A stretch of 64,000 nucleotides of DNA. Origin: a virus (lineage: Duplodnaviria > Caudoviricetes). The DNA lies in IMG/VR virus record IMGVR_UViG_3300037067_004608, positions 32,001 through 96,000 of that record; one strand, given 5' to 3'. Positions 1-10,027 of this stretch are shown here, piece after piece. The position numbers and the translations under genes are program-made. A model generated the notes under the pieces. The model was not told where the DNA came from. It made no database searches and worked only from the letters and a program-made list of their open reading frames with translations. Each line of letters starts with the position of its first letter. Position 1 is the stretch's first letter.

Positions 1-204
1 TTTTCTATAGCCAAATGGCGAAAGACCAAGCCTTGTATACTTGGCAACCCAATCAGAGTTTGATACTTCATAAAACTCTGAGTCGTCAGCAGAATCTATA
101 ACCTGGACAATACAAGAGCGAACAAAGTCGTCCATTACACGACCTTGCATTTGCCTCTCTATATTTTCATCAGATGTTATAATCCTGCGATCAATTTCGA
201 CCAT
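1..204 (-). CDS. 5' part of a gene running off the window, probably terminase large subunit
   Basis: Open frame from ATG at 204 (MVEIDRRII...SDWVAKYTRLGLSPFGYRK). Lies two genes downstream of terS; the W..KY..L...PF.Y pattern resembles GpA-type TerL N-termini. Confidence 0.45.
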   Translation of the reverse strand, partial: MVEIDRRIITSDENIERQMQGRVMDDFVRSCIVQVIDSADDSEFYEVSNSDWVAKYTRLGLSPFGYRK

Positions 205-240
205 TAACCTAAATCCATCCGTATTAGAGACTACCTAGAA

Positions 241-284
241 CCCGCCTAGCGATTGAAAGGGGCTGCATTCGCGTGAATTCACGC
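241..284 (-). repeat. Dispersed palindromic element, copy 1
   Basis: Minus strand reads GCGTGAATTCACGCGAATGCA-N13-GCTAGGCGGG. Confidence 0.9.
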
Positions 285-290
285 TCTATT

Positions 291-542
291 TTAAGCCCTT
301 CCCTCGATCTTTAGCCGAGTTCTACGACCGGGGCCGCCAGGTCGCATAGCACTTCCTATTGAGTCAAATCTCCTGGCTCCAGCCCTTCTCTTCATCTCTT
401 CGCAGTCTCGACATAGACCTTCCCTAGCAGCCTGACCAGTGCACTTTCCTGCATGCTGACCATAGCCAATACACTCATTAGGAAGGAAATCCTGCGACAT
501 TCTGTGCATAAAATCATCTCTTGCCATAGTAACACCTCTCAT
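291..542 (-). CDS. Hypothetical Cys-containing protein
   Basis: Overlaps the terS stop by 4 bp; contains a CxxC motif. Confidence 0.5.
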   Translation of the reverse strand: MRGVTMARDDFMHRMSQDFLPNECIGYGQHAGKCTGQAAREGLCRDCEEMKRRAGARRFDSIGSAMRPGGPGRRTRLKIEGRA

Positions 543-1210
543 TCGATTATTGTCTGCTGCCTTTCACCAACAGACTCCAATATCCTCCTGCGACATTCTG
601 GGCACAAGATTCCATTGATAAATGAAAGTTCTCTAGTTACAGATTCTCTCACCTTCTCAAGAATCTCAGACTCATCACCTTGTATAGCCACAACAATTTT
701 ACGATCTCTTAGCTGCTCATATGCAGCAGATACTGTCTTCACAGTCGATTCAAGGAGCATCCTGAAATAATATTCCCGCTCCTTCTTATTCTTCCTTGGC
801 TTTCTACCAACTACTTCAAAGCCAGCAGAGTTCTCATCCTCTTCCAGCTCCTCAGCAGCTTCGCACATCGCATCGGACATCTTACGAACATACTCAGCAA
901 GTTTTACCTTACTGAGGGCAGCTTCGTGGACAAGAGTTAGATCACCAAAAGCCTGGTCATACAAATCCTTTTGATCTTCATTGAGAGCTTGAGAATAAAG
1001 ACCATGCTCAACTGGGCGGCCAGGAGCTTTGCGTATGCCAGTCTCTTCACGAATAGCAGTTCCTGCTCCATGAACAGCGCAGACATCATAACCGTCTCTG
1101 GCCGCCCTTCTACACCTCTCCTGAGTCTCCTTACACATAGCAGTGCACTGGCGAGCACGCCCTTCGTCAATTGCTTTTTGTAAACTATTTCCTGCATCGT
1201 GATTAGCCAT
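539..1210 (-). CDS. terS: Terminase small subunit (HGGxSTG-type Zn-binding N-terminus)
   Basis: CTAMCKETQERCRRAA...CAVHGAGT...HGLYS matches the HGGxSTG domain typical of TerS, followed by a helical region. Confidence 0.7.
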   Translation of the reverse strand: MANHDAGNSLQKAIDEGRARQCTAMCKETQERCRRAARDGYDVCAVHGAGTAIREETGIRKAPGRPVEHGLYSQALNEDQKDLYDQAFGDLTLVHEAALSKVKLAEYVRKMSDAMCEAAEELEEDENSAGFEVVGRKPRKNKKEREYYFRMLLESTVKTVSAAYEQLRDRKIVVAIQGDESEILEKVRESVTRELSFINGILCPECRRRILESVGERQQTIIE

Positions 1211-1239
1211 CTTACTTCCCTATATACCAGTAGATGCAT

Positions 1240-1282
1240 AAAAGCAGAGAAGGGCTGCCGATTGTATTCAGCAACCCTTCTC
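1240..1282 (-). terminator. Hairpin/attenuator between a TATAAT (about 1312-1317, minus) and terS
   Basis: GAGAAGGGTTGC/GCAGCCCTTCTC stem followed by TGCTTTT on the minus strand. Confidence 0.5.
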
Positions 1283-1322
1283 ACAACCCAAGCCCCGCAC
1301 TCTAGCGATAAATTATACTCTG

Positions 1323-1886
1323 CTAGGCTATTGCTCCAGAATCTCTCCTCTTCAACCATTCAGCGAAATCGAGGACATTCTGAAATACAGCATCAGGTTT
1401 CCTTTCCATAGCATCTATCTTCTCATGATCGATGAAGCCTGAGAGGACAGCGATAGAAGGGCAACCAGCATTCTTAGCAGCTTCAATGTCCGACTCGCTA
1501 TCTCCAATAAACCAAGACTGGCTTAGATCAATATCATAGGTCTTAGCAGCTTCAAGAATCATACCTGGCTGTGGCTTCCTACACTTACACATCTTGTCCC
1601 CAATATTATGGACACAAGAATAGAACCTTTTGATATCTCCACCATACTCCTCTACATTTCGAGATAGTTTTATGTGGATATCACAAAGTTCTGCAAGACC
1701 AAAGAAACCTTTGGCTATTCCAGATTGATTAGTAACGACAAATACGAGGTATCCCAGTTTATTAAAGATAGAGATTGCTGGTCCAGAGAATGGGAACACC
1801 TCAAGGTCTTCAGGTTTGTTCACATAAGACCCAAGACGGAATACATTCAGTACACCGTCACGATCGAGAAATATTGCTTTTGCCAT
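1323..1886 (-). CDS. gmhB: D-glycero-D-manno-heptose-1,7-bisphosphate phosphatase (HAD family)
   Basis: FLDRDGVLN, VTNQSG, CxH...CxCRKPxPGM and IGDSESDI motifs. Confidence 0.9.
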   Translation of the reverse strand: MAKAIFLDRDGVLNVFRLGSYVNKPEDLEVFPFSGPAISIFNKLGYLVFVVTNQSGIAKGFFGLAELCDIHIKLSRNVEEYGGDIKRFYSCVHNIGDKMCKCRKPQPGMILEAAKTYDIDLSQSWFIGDSESDIEAAKNAGCPSIAVLSGFIDHEKIDAMERKPDAVFQNVLDFAEWLKRRDSGAIA

Positions 1887-2305
1887 TAATCACTCTTTCT
1901 AAACTCAGGAATAGGAACCACAGCAGTTAGCCAGTCAACTCTAGTATAATCACTTAGAGAGCGACCTAAGCCAAGAGCAGGATCAAGAACTGAACCATCT
2001 GCCTCGACAGCTATATAGTGACGACTATCTCCGACATAAACTATAGCAATATGATTGCAATTGGCAAATGGAGATTTTGGTCGAAGTTCAGCATCTTTAA
2101 CAGAAGAGACTCCTCGACATATTGCGAAACCTTTGCGCATCAGAAATATTTCTACATCATAATCCAATGCGCCATTTGATTCCTCAATATTTCTACCTAG
2201 ATCATTATCAAAATAATCTAGTATAGAATCATAGTCAATCCCAGTAACCATAGCCAAAGTAGCTACAGCACAGTCCCTGCTTCCTCTTTGATTAACCAGA
2301 TTCAT
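1886..2305 (-). CDS. Peptidase C39-like (papain fold) protein
   Basis: Q...DCAVATLAM, later HYIAV and LDP: Cys-His-Asp triad pattern. Confidence 0.65.
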   Translation of the reverse strand: MNLVNQRGSRDCAVATLAMVTGIDYDSILDYFDNDLGRNIEESNGALDYDVEIFLMRKGFAICRGVSSVKDAELRPKSPFANCNHIAIVYVGDSRHYIAVEADGSVLDPALGLGRSLSDYTRVDWLTAVVPIPEFRKSD

Positions 2306-2478
2306 TTAGCACACCAGAGAATAATTCCGTCAACGAGGACAGAGATACCAGCAGCCCTCCACAAAAATATCGCATACGAAGAAATATGAAACAAGTCTAG
2401 CGCTGCGCCTATTACAGAACAGAGAAATGCACACCAGAATAGAACAATGAATATTACACCAAGAAAGTTACTATTCAT
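2302..2478 (-). CDS. Small membrane protein (58 aa, below ORF-track cutoff)
   Basis: MNSNFLGVIFIVLFWCAFLCSVIGAALD...; two hydrophobic segments; ATGA-coupled to its neighbours. Confidence 0.55.
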   Translation of the reverse strand: MNSNFLGVIFIVLFWCAFLCSVIGAALDLFHISSYAIFLWRAAGISVLVDGIILWCAK

Positions 2479-2848
2479 TTCTTCACCTGCTTCTTCTGAT
2501 TATTTGAATACCAGTCAGAAACCTTATCCAGAACACGAGAACTTATTTCTTCAAGAACATCAGAGCTGATAGATGAACCATCTGCTGAAATGCAATCTTT
2601 CACAATATCTTCAATATCATATCTCAGTAGATAATCTGAAGCCAAATTAATCATACAGAATCCACATTATAGTCAGAATATCATCGTCATCAAACTCATC
2701 ATCAAACAAATCCATCACCACACAGACCGTCATCGGGCCTTGTAAGATAACTGAGAGCACCAACCAGAACGGATACCTCAGCCAGCTTTGCTGGTAAATC
2801 CAGTATAATAGGATAGGGCTATACGAGCGTGACTAGGACGGCCCGCAA

Positions 2849-3088
2849 CTAGAATCCTTGAAATTCAGGAAGTTTTTCAACCTTCGCAGGACTAATCCAC
2901 TTCTTTCTAAAGCAGGCAATCGAGCCACCATTGACTACATCTTCATTATATGCAGCTATGGCCGAATCACACTCTTCTTGAGTGAAGACAATGAAGCCAG
3001 GCTGGATATCGCCATTACCCCAGAAGAGACACACCTCAAAGGCGGGTCTTGGTATTCGATTAAGAAAACCTCTAAGCCAGTGTGCCAT
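2849..3088 (-). CDS. Hypothetical protein, first gene of the leftward arm
   Basis: GGAGG RBS at 3096-3100 (minus); promoter just upstream. Confidence 0.6.
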   Translation of the reverse strand: MAHWLRGFLNRIPRPAFEVCLFWGNGDIQPGFIVFTQEECDSAIAAYNEDVVNGGSIACFRKKWISPAKVEKLPEFQGF

Positions 3089-3106
3089 CGGCGTCCCTCC
3101 TAACTA

Positions 3107-3135
3107 ATTATACGCGAACGAGAAACGCTGTTGAA
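3107..3135 (-). promoter_or_regulatory. Leftward promoter
   Basis: TTCAAC-N17-TATAAT, with CG immediately before the -10. Confidence 0.55.
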
Positions 3136-3386
3136 GGTATAACTGTTTAATAAAATTGATGTGCATCGTTGAAGAGAAAATGAAAATGGGCGAGATTGGG
3201 CGGTGATGGAGGGGTGCGTATGTGAGAATAGATATAAAATAGATATTATGAGGAAACTATAGAACTGTTTAATAGAAGTGGTGTGCGCGGGAGGTGAGAG
3301 GAACGGACGTGTGAAATCGCGCTCGTATTCCTATATAGCGCGAAACCAGGGGGCCTTCCTTCCTCAAAAACAGGTAGTTTCACTAG

Positions 3387-3415
3387 TTCCATTCTTCCTT
3401 CCTTCGAGGTATAAT
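3387..3415 (+). promoter_or_regulatory. Sigma70-type promoter P1 of the cassette
   Basis: TTCCAT-N17-TATAAT, preceded by ACTAG as in P2. Confidence 0.65.
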
Positions 3416-3454
3416 GTATATGTAAGCGAACGAAGGAAAGTGAGACAAACTACA

Positions 3455-3553
3455 ATGACGAAGGCGTTAGCAATCTTTACCTTAATCATCTTAGGATGTG
3501 CCGGGTATTATGTGTGGGGAATCCTTCAAGTTCTTGGAAGGTTCGCTCACTAG
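3455..3553 (+). CDS. 32-aa single-pass membrane peptide
   Basis: MTKALAIFTLIILGCAGYYVWGILQVLGRFAH downstream of P1; ACTACAATG start context shared with the 4486 gene. Confidence 0.5.
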   Translation: MTKALAIFTLIILGCAGYYVWGILQVLGRFAH

Positions 3554-3572
3554 AAACCAGTAAGAATACTAG

Positions 3573-3601
3573 TTGTCTTACCCGAAGATTCGTGGTAAGA
3601 T
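3573..3601 (+). promoter_or_regulatory. Sigma70-type promoter P2 with extended -10
   Basis: TTGTCT-N17-TAAGAT with TG-n before the -10, preceded by ACTAG. Confidence 0.65.
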
Positions 3602-3611
3602 TAAGTATAGG

Positions 3612-3628
3612 ACATTGACAAACGAATA
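3612..3628 (+). promoter_or_regulatory. boxA-like antitermination element
   Basis: ACATTGACAAACGAATA just after the predicted +1; resembles rRNA-leader boxA (CTTTGAAAACTGAAYA type). Confidence 0.45.
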
Positions 3629-3693
3629 ACGGTTTCCTTCCTCCAAGCCTTCGCGGGGAACGCACAGAAGAGTAAGCAGAGGAAGGGAAGAAT

Positions 3694-4438
3694 AGGGAAG
3701 GGAATCAAGTTTACTCGAATATCGAAAGGGGTAAACATGAAACCTAAGTATAACCTTAATGTCACTCTAACGAAGGAAGGGAAAACCGCTTATGACGGTA
3801 TAGCATTGATGGATGCTATATTCCCCCTTCTTCCAGCGGAAGGTAAGTTTACAATGGCCTTCCGTCACGAAAACCTTCGCGGGTTTGCTAAGATGGTATG
3901 CCTTCTTGCAACCTTCGGCGCGAAGGTAGGCGTGAAGATTCTAACCCGTGCCGATTGGCACGCTTGCGCTACAACCGGGAAGGATATACCGGAAGATGTC
4001 AAAGTCGAGTTTTCCTCGAAGGCCGCCGCCGTATCCTTCCTTTACGTTTCCCAGATTCCCTGTATTGTTGCCGGGAACTGGAAAACACTTCCTTCTGATT
4101 CCGAAGGCGCGCTCGCTACCTTCTTGAAGCACATTCAGGAAAACGGAATCAATCGACTTTGCACAAGTGGCGAAGGCGGGAAAGTTATTCCTCTCAAGAA
4201 GGCAGGCGCATCGACTCTTAGCGCCGTAGTTGAGACAATTATGGATGCTAAGAAGTCGATAGCCGGTAAAGTTCCTGCTAAGAAGGAAGATACTCCTAAG
4301 CAGTCGCCGGTTGCAAGGGCGAAGGCCGCGAAGTCTACTCCAAAGGCAAGAACGCCTAAGACAAAGAAGGCCGAAGTCAAGCCTGTTGAAGCTACAACCG
4401 AAGTAGCTAACGCCTAACTTAACTTGATTCCCTTCCCT
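3694..4438. repeat. 18-bp perfect inverted repeat bracketing CDS 3737-4417
   Basis: AGGGAAGGGAATCAAGTT (3694-3711) / AACTTGATTCCCTTCCCT (4421-4438). Confidence 0.85.
3737..4417 (+). CDS. Unknown protein with Lys/Ala/Pro/Thr-rich H1-like tail; paralog of 17740-18648
   Basis: AAGGGG RBS; tail ...PVARAKAAKSTPKARTPKTKKAEVK; five colinear blocks align to the 17740 protein. Confidence 0.8.
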   Translation: MKPKYNLNVTLTKEGKTAYDGIALMDAIFPLLPAEGKFTMAFRHENLRGFAKMVCLLATFGAKVGVKILTRADWHACATTGKDIPEDVKVEFSSKAAAVSFLYVSQIPCIVAGNWKTLPSDSEGALATFLKHIQENGINRLCTSGEGGKVIPLKKAGASTLSAVVETIMDAKKSIAGKVPAKKEDTPKQSPVARAKAAKSTPKARTPKTKKAEVKPVEATTEVANA

Positions 4439-4485
4439 TCCTTATCTAGTCCGAAACAACGCTAACACGAAGGGAGAACACTACA

Positions 4486-4665
4486 ATGGAACGATGGGTA
4501 TATACAGGATTAAGAGGAAGTCAAGGTAAGATATACCGAAAGGTATATGACGATGTAGAGTCACCCGACTTCGCCGAAGAATACGACAATGGGAACCTTT
4601 GCGAAGTTACCCCCGAAGGATGGGAAACGATCTACCATCATTATGCAATGAAGAAGGCCGCATAA
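4486..4665 (+). CDS. 59-aa hypothetical protein (not in ORF track)
   Basis: MERWVYTGLRGSQGKIYRKVYDDVESPDFAEEYDNGNLCEVTPEGWETIYHHYAMKKAA; AGGGAG RBS. Confidence 0.65.
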   Translation: MERWVYTGLRGSQGKIYRKVYDDVESPDFAEEYDNGNLCEVTPEGWETIYHHYAMKKAA

Positions 4666-4673
4666 GAAGGAAC

Positions 4674-4720
4674 ATAAGTATAGGAAGGAAGGCTTAATTT
4701 ACCTTCCTTCCTATACTTAT
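4674..4720 (+). terminator. 19-bp hairpin ending the cassette
   Basis: ATAAGTATAGGAAGGAAGG-N9-CCTTCCTTCCTATACTTAT. Confidence 0.7.
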
Positions 4721-5102
4721 CTCACAACTCCCAACCCGCCATCACGCCACCACTCAATCACATCTCCATAATCAACAATCCAGCACCACTATCAATTTCA
4801 TCAAACTGAGAGGCAGCCACAGGACTCACCAGCTCACCATCATATGTCTCTCCACCAGCCAGGTGGTGACTGTATGTTGCTATGATAAGAGCATCATTCA
4901 TCTAATTCGCCAGTGGACTGTGATATGCATGTTCTGCGGCTAATTTGTAATACAACAGGCCACCCACATACCACTAATACAGCCATCGCCTATGATATGA
5001 TGAATGTCTGTATAATTCAACAGTCCAATCATCACACAGCACGATGGCCCACCAGTCCATCCACTATTGGCCATATTCACCCGAGCAGATTGAGGACTAA
5101 AA

Positions 5103-5181
5103 GTGAATTCACGCGATTGTATAGCAGGCCGAATAATCCCCCGATTCCAAACGGTCAAGCGATTGAATAGCGTGAATTCAG
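5103..5181. repeat. Two degenerate, facing copies (2 and 3) of the palindromic element
   Basis: GTGAATTCACGCGATTGTA (+, 5103) and TGAATTCACGCTATTCAA (-, ending about 5163); GAATTC cores 69 bp apart. Confidence 0.7.
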
Positions 5182-5968
5182 CCGCTAAACAAGGGCCCAG
5201 CCGCCCAAGCACTCGATAGAATCCATGCGCTCTTGAATATTATGAGATGGGACAGTTGCTGGCCGCATGGAAACTGATTGCATGAAGAAATGTTGAAAAG
5301 TGCAGCATTGCAATGAAAACTGTTTAATTGAAACAATAGCAAGGAGCCATGAGACCCACTCATTCCCTCGTGATATTCTTTTCTATATTGCTGGAAGGGG
5401 TCAAAAGTCACACTCGGTTCATATATCCACCCTCCCTCGATAGACGACCTTTGCTGGATTTTTCTTTATCCTCAACTGACCACAAGAGCCACTCCAAGCT
5501 GAGAGCAACAGCAATGATATTATACAGTTCTTTCCTTGTCTATGTGGTTAACCATTACAAATACCTTTTTTGATTCTTTCCTTTTATACACATGACCACA
5601 CGACACAGGCACACCAGGGAGCAGACAGACAAAGCAGATGGTCTAACTGTAATGGTGTTTATTATTAGTATTACAACCTATTAGGGTTTTAAGAAGAATT
5701 AGAATGGTTAGGGGATCAGTTCATCTATTCACTCTTGCAGAGGGATAGGTTGCGGGTTAGAAGATTGTAGATCATAATCAGTATTATATGAGCTAGAGAA
5801 GGGTTCTGTGCTGTGGTGTGGTGGTGGTGTGATGTGCTGATTATCACTGTTCGGGATTTTTGGATCCAGGAATTGCGGAGGTGCGATATATCTGACTGGT
5901 AGTTGAAATTGAAAATACCGGCACCATAATTTCGGACGCCACTCATCTGGTTCAGATGTCAAGTCATT

Positions 5969-6771
5969 CTAAGTGGAGAATGAGATTATTGCACCTTCAG
6001 CCGTCAAATACACACTGTCAATTAGTGTTGATAGGAGCTTGCCATCAGAAGACTTGAGAAGGCACGTTCCAGATTCTACTGATACTACCTCATATTTCTC
6101 CGCTCTAACTTCCTGCCTAAGACCAGATGGATAGAGGTGGACAAGTGCGATAAATGGCTTATATACTGTTTGGCCTTCTTTTAACTTGAGCATTGCTTAC
6201 CTCTCAAATAAGCTAGTTCTACAAGACCAGAGGTGTGTGGATCTTGATTATGTATAAGGTCGGAGACAGGGTTACATTTGTGAGTTTTCATATCCTCTTC
6301 TGTCATCATTTCTCGGCAGATTGTACATTTCCAAGTTGTCCCTCTTGCCTTTATTATTGATGCTCTTTCACTAGGTCTCATTAGTCACCTCTGTGCTCTC
6401 ATGCGACTCAGGAGATACAGAAAACCAACGGACAGACCTAAGTGGTATATGCCGATTGTGGCCATCAGATAATCTCATCCAAAGTAGATCACAGCCAAAT
6501 CTTACTTCATCAGCCTCAAAAGACTCGAAGTATCCGTCAAACCAACGAACATTTACTACACGTTTCATACCTTCTTCCTTTCTGGTATAAAGTCTGGAAT
6601 TAGATTCCTGGCTATATAAAACTTGAGAGTTCCAAAGAATGATGAGATAAGCACCTGTAATGGGTTATCTTCCTTGAAATAAGCAATAGCAAAGTAGAAT
6701 GATATAGCAGATGACGTTGCGAAGAAGATAGCAAGAAGTATCCTAATAATTATCATCAAGACCTTCTTCAC
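5969..6771 (-). other. Four tightly coupled small hypothetical genes (5969-6193, 6181-6381, 6371-6568, 6565-about 6771 membrane protein)
   Basis: Overlapping start/stop codons, same strand as neighbours. Confidence 0.6.
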
Positions 6772-7202
6772 CTTATCTCTACCCTCACTTGCATCAGCAT
6801 GTTGCCGAGAACATTGGCTCCAGGTTTCTTCAGACACTGAGGGCACATACAGGTTCCCCAATAGTTGTCGTGCCAATTGTTCCCTTCGATTATAGGTTGA
6901 TACCCGGTTCGACGAAGCATTGATCTTAGTTCAGGAACTGCGAACTTCAGCCTGAGAAGCTCAAGCATTATCTTATACTTGTCCTCATCCCAGAAAGAAA
7001 CTCGAACACATTCCTTTCCTCTCCTCTTGGCTTCCCCTGGAGAGCAGGTAGCCATATACCTCACATCTACAGGATCAGAGCACTTTGCTGCTTGGAAGGC
7101 ATTCTCTGTTGTGAGATAAGTTACACCACGAAAGACTATGCCTCCTGGTATCTCATAGAAGTTGCTCAAGAAGCGATATTCGCCGCTAAACTCAGTTATC
7201 AT
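6768..7202 (-). CDS. NADAR (YbiA-like) family protein
   Basis: FLSNFY, TTENAFQAAK, KFAVPELR..L..TG, IEGNNWHDNYWG, GANVLGNMLMQVR. Confidence 0.9.
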   Translation of the reverse strand: MITEFSGEYRFLSNFYEIPGGIVFRGVTYLTTENAFQAAKCSDPVDVRYMATCSPGEAKRRGKECVRVSFWDEDKYKIMLELLRLKFAVPELRSMLRRTGYQPIIEGNNWHDNYWGTCMCPQCLKKPGANVLGNMLMQVRVEIR

Positions 7203-7400
7203 TCTTCTTCTGGCTCCTTGTGGATAGAGATGTGCTCTCTTTCATTTAGGCACATTCCAAGGCTGTTGAACTCTTCTTTGACTCGGAGAACATCTCCAGT
7301 TTTCAGTGTTACGAGAGCAGTATTGTCAGTCTCACACTCAATGATGCGTATCTCCGATATTGGAACTAAGTATTGCTTGCTAGAAGTCCGATGGTCTGAC

Positions 7401-8129
7401 TTAGTGGTTAACCATAGAAACTTTCTCATAAGGCTTGAATCCTTCCTTCTCCGCGTGTGCTATTAGGAGAGCATTAGCATCCTCTCTTGACTTACAAGGA
7501 GCTTCCTGACCGGTGTAAACAGAGCCGTTATGTATTACCCACCATCCGGGGTTTATACATTGATTGGATACAGTCCAGATATTCCCATCCTTATCAGTAT
7601 ACTTCGGAGAGGGAATGAATCCGTAGTGTGTAGCGAGTAGTGCTTCTACAGTTCCACGAGTTCTTGGGTGGAGATTCATTCTCTGTTGAGGATACCAGGT
7701 GGAAACATCATTCTTTCCTGTCTTACAGATACTAAATCCTGCCCAATCAGCTACCATCTCTCGGACAAAGTTCTCTGGCATTGAGATTGCTCTATCCTCT
7801 ATCAGCCAGTATTGCCAGTGGTGAGGATTATTGTGAATATGGTTGTTCCAAGCAGCGTCGAAGTCAGCTTTGAGTTCTTCGTGTTTAGTGAACTCCCAAG
7901 TGTATCCTCCATTGAATAGAGTTCCTTGAACATCGTGGAACCAGTGTAAGTATCCACCAAACTCCTTTGTGGAGAACTTACTGTTATCATGAGTGAGTGC
8001 CTGTATAATAGGAACCTTCAGTCTGAGGCACTCTCTGAAGACACAGAACTTGTGCTTCCATACGTAAGTGTAGTATTCAAATGTCTTCTTTATGCTACAG
8101 CCTTCGACACCTATTGGTTGTTTGTCCAT
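7401..8129 (-). CDS. HD-type metal-dependent hydrolase (DUF5662-like)
   Basis: HK..V, HDNSKF, HIHNNPHHWQYW, EMVADW; start taken at MDKQP. Confidence 0.75.
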   Translation of the reverse strand: MDKQPIGVEGCSIKKTFEYYTYVWKHKFCVFRECLRLKVPIIQALTHDNSKFSTKEFGGYLHWFHDVQGTLFNGGYTWEFTKHEELKADFDAAWNNHIHNNPHHWQYWLIEDRAISMPENFVREMVADWAGFSICKTGKNDVSTWYPQQRMNLHPRTRGTVEALLATHYGFIPSPKYTDKDGNIWTVSNQCINPGWWVIHNGSVYTGQEAPCKSREDANALLIAHAEKEGFKPYEKVSMVNH

Positions 8130-9704
8130 ACTATTCCTCCTGTCCAGGGTTCTAATATCTGCCTTAGCAATACTCTCTGCCAAGGTGTTCCTTCTGCTAG
8201 AGGTCTTAGTAGTGTATCACAGAGAATGTTTATGAGCATCTCTACACTATAGCATTGAGTATAGCACTCCCCAGTGATGATTGTGTGCTTTTTACCTTGA
8301 ACCCATACTTCAAGAGTATACTCATTTGGGTTTCGGAATATGCCATGACGATCAGCAATATATTTGGGAACAAGAGGGATGTCCTCATACTCAATGTTTA
8401 TCACTGCTGATTACCTTATCGAATGTAACTTTTGTCCCAGGAAAGTTGCGCTCTACAGACTCTGCCCATTTCTCGTTCGCATCATCTAGCACTTCTTTGG
8501 GAACATCTCCTTTAAGAAAAGCAGCAAGTGCTTCTCCTGGGCTTATTTGCTTCTTATCCCCCACAATTTATCCTCTTTCTTGATACTTCGTAGCAACTAT
8601 CAGTCAACTCTCCTGTGAAGACAAATATTGGATGTCCTGATACCCATATCTCTTGTGAGAAAGGATCAGAAGAATCGTGTATAGTTATATCATTGAGAGA
8701 TATACCACTTAATATCATCTCAACTATCGTTTGTTCCATCAACTCACAGCGAGTTCGGATGACTTTCTTGATAAACTCCTCAATCTCTATCATAATATTT
8801 GTAAAAGAAAGAGTTCTGGAGAGCAAGACTCTCTAAATCTTTCTGTATCTGGCCTGCAAGCTTACGAGATACAAGTTTCAGCTGCTCTTTCTCCTTCCAT
8901 ATCTTATAATCCTCTGTAGTAGCAATAAGAAGATAGTGCAATGCCTTATCTAAATGGTATAATGCCTTGTCTGAAGTCTTAAATCCAGCGTTATAATCGC
9001 GTTGAAGGTCGTTCTGGACATTCTCAATGGTCTCTCGATACTTCTTCAGAGGACATTCAGGGAGGATTTCACACTCTTTACAGTAGGTTGGACCACCAAT
9101 AACACTAGATTTTCTTGCGAAACTACGTATATCAGAGCACATAGAGTCAGCATCAGACGACCATTTCAGCTCAACTTCACCATTATGTAGCTCTATTATG
9201 ACGTTCTCGAACATATTCTAGCTGCCTTTGCTCCTGTAGCAAGTCTTATATGAGTCTACTATATGTACAAAACTTCCATCTGGGAGCCTATTTGCGTAGG
9301 AACAGCCTCCACCTTTAACATAATGAGGACATAAACTAGGTATAATACAGCAGTAAAACGCATCTGTTAGCTCTTTCACTGTCGTGTCTCTGTAAGATAT
9401 ATTATTCGACACGTTTCCATTCCTTCTCATTCGCTAGATCAAATAAGCACTTTATAGCAAGATCACGATTAGAAAATGGACCAAAGTGAATGCCAATTAC
9501 ATTACACTGCCCTTTATGAGTTAAAAGAACACCATAAGACCACTGGTCAAATATCCAAAAAGGACCAACAAAATAGCGTCCTTTTTCTTCATCCTCAAAT
9601 ATAGCACTTGCATTGCGCAGACTTTCCATCTTTCTATCTGTAGCATCATCTGCTGCAAATGCTAGGGCAAGACCTTCTGCCGCTGCTTTATCGTTTGCCG
9701 CCAA
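8111..9704 (-). other. Cluster of small hypothetical genes (8111-8404, 8554-about 8793, 8780-9214, 9218-9430, 9402-9704)
   Basis: Dense, coupled minus-strand ORFs. Confidence 0.6.
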
Positions 9705-9747
9705 ATTACATTCCTACCTTTCCTCTACTTATCTATACGACTTACGA

Positions 9748-10020
9748 TAATATCAGTGCCCGGATGGTGAGTCCGAGCACTGATGTCACGCGACTAACAC
9801 TTATTTTTACGCTTTTCTTCAGGGGCGGGGATCTGCTCCTGGCTAGTAGAACTTTACAATGACTAGCCACAGGCGGAATAGCCTTGGGATGATTCCCAAG
9901 GAAATCGACGCACAATATTACATCCCACAAGAATGCTATAAAGTCATAGCCATCGTTATGTGGGATAATAGAAACCGGTGATAAAGACCAGTAACTCGGA
10001 GCGTAGTCCATTGACCTATC
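9748..10020 (-). ncRNA. Candidate structured RNA downstream of the HNH gene
   Basis: Stems ACTGGT/ACCGGT, ATCCCACA/TGTGGGAT, CCTTGGGA/TCCCAAGG, TGGCTAGT/ACTAGCCA, ATCAGTGCTCGGA/TCCGGGCACTGAT. Confidence 0.45.
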
Positions 10021-10027
10021 TTACTAC

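Noticed and set aside
4913-5962. ORFs called in the 4.7-6.0 kb gap
   Set aside because: Overlapping on both strands, low-complexity translations, no RBS; treated as noncoding.
9790-10015. Complete group I intron around the HNH gene
   Set aside because: R/S-like strings are present, but no P3, P4-P6 or P8 and no interrupted host gene could be identified; kept only as an unclassified structured RNA.
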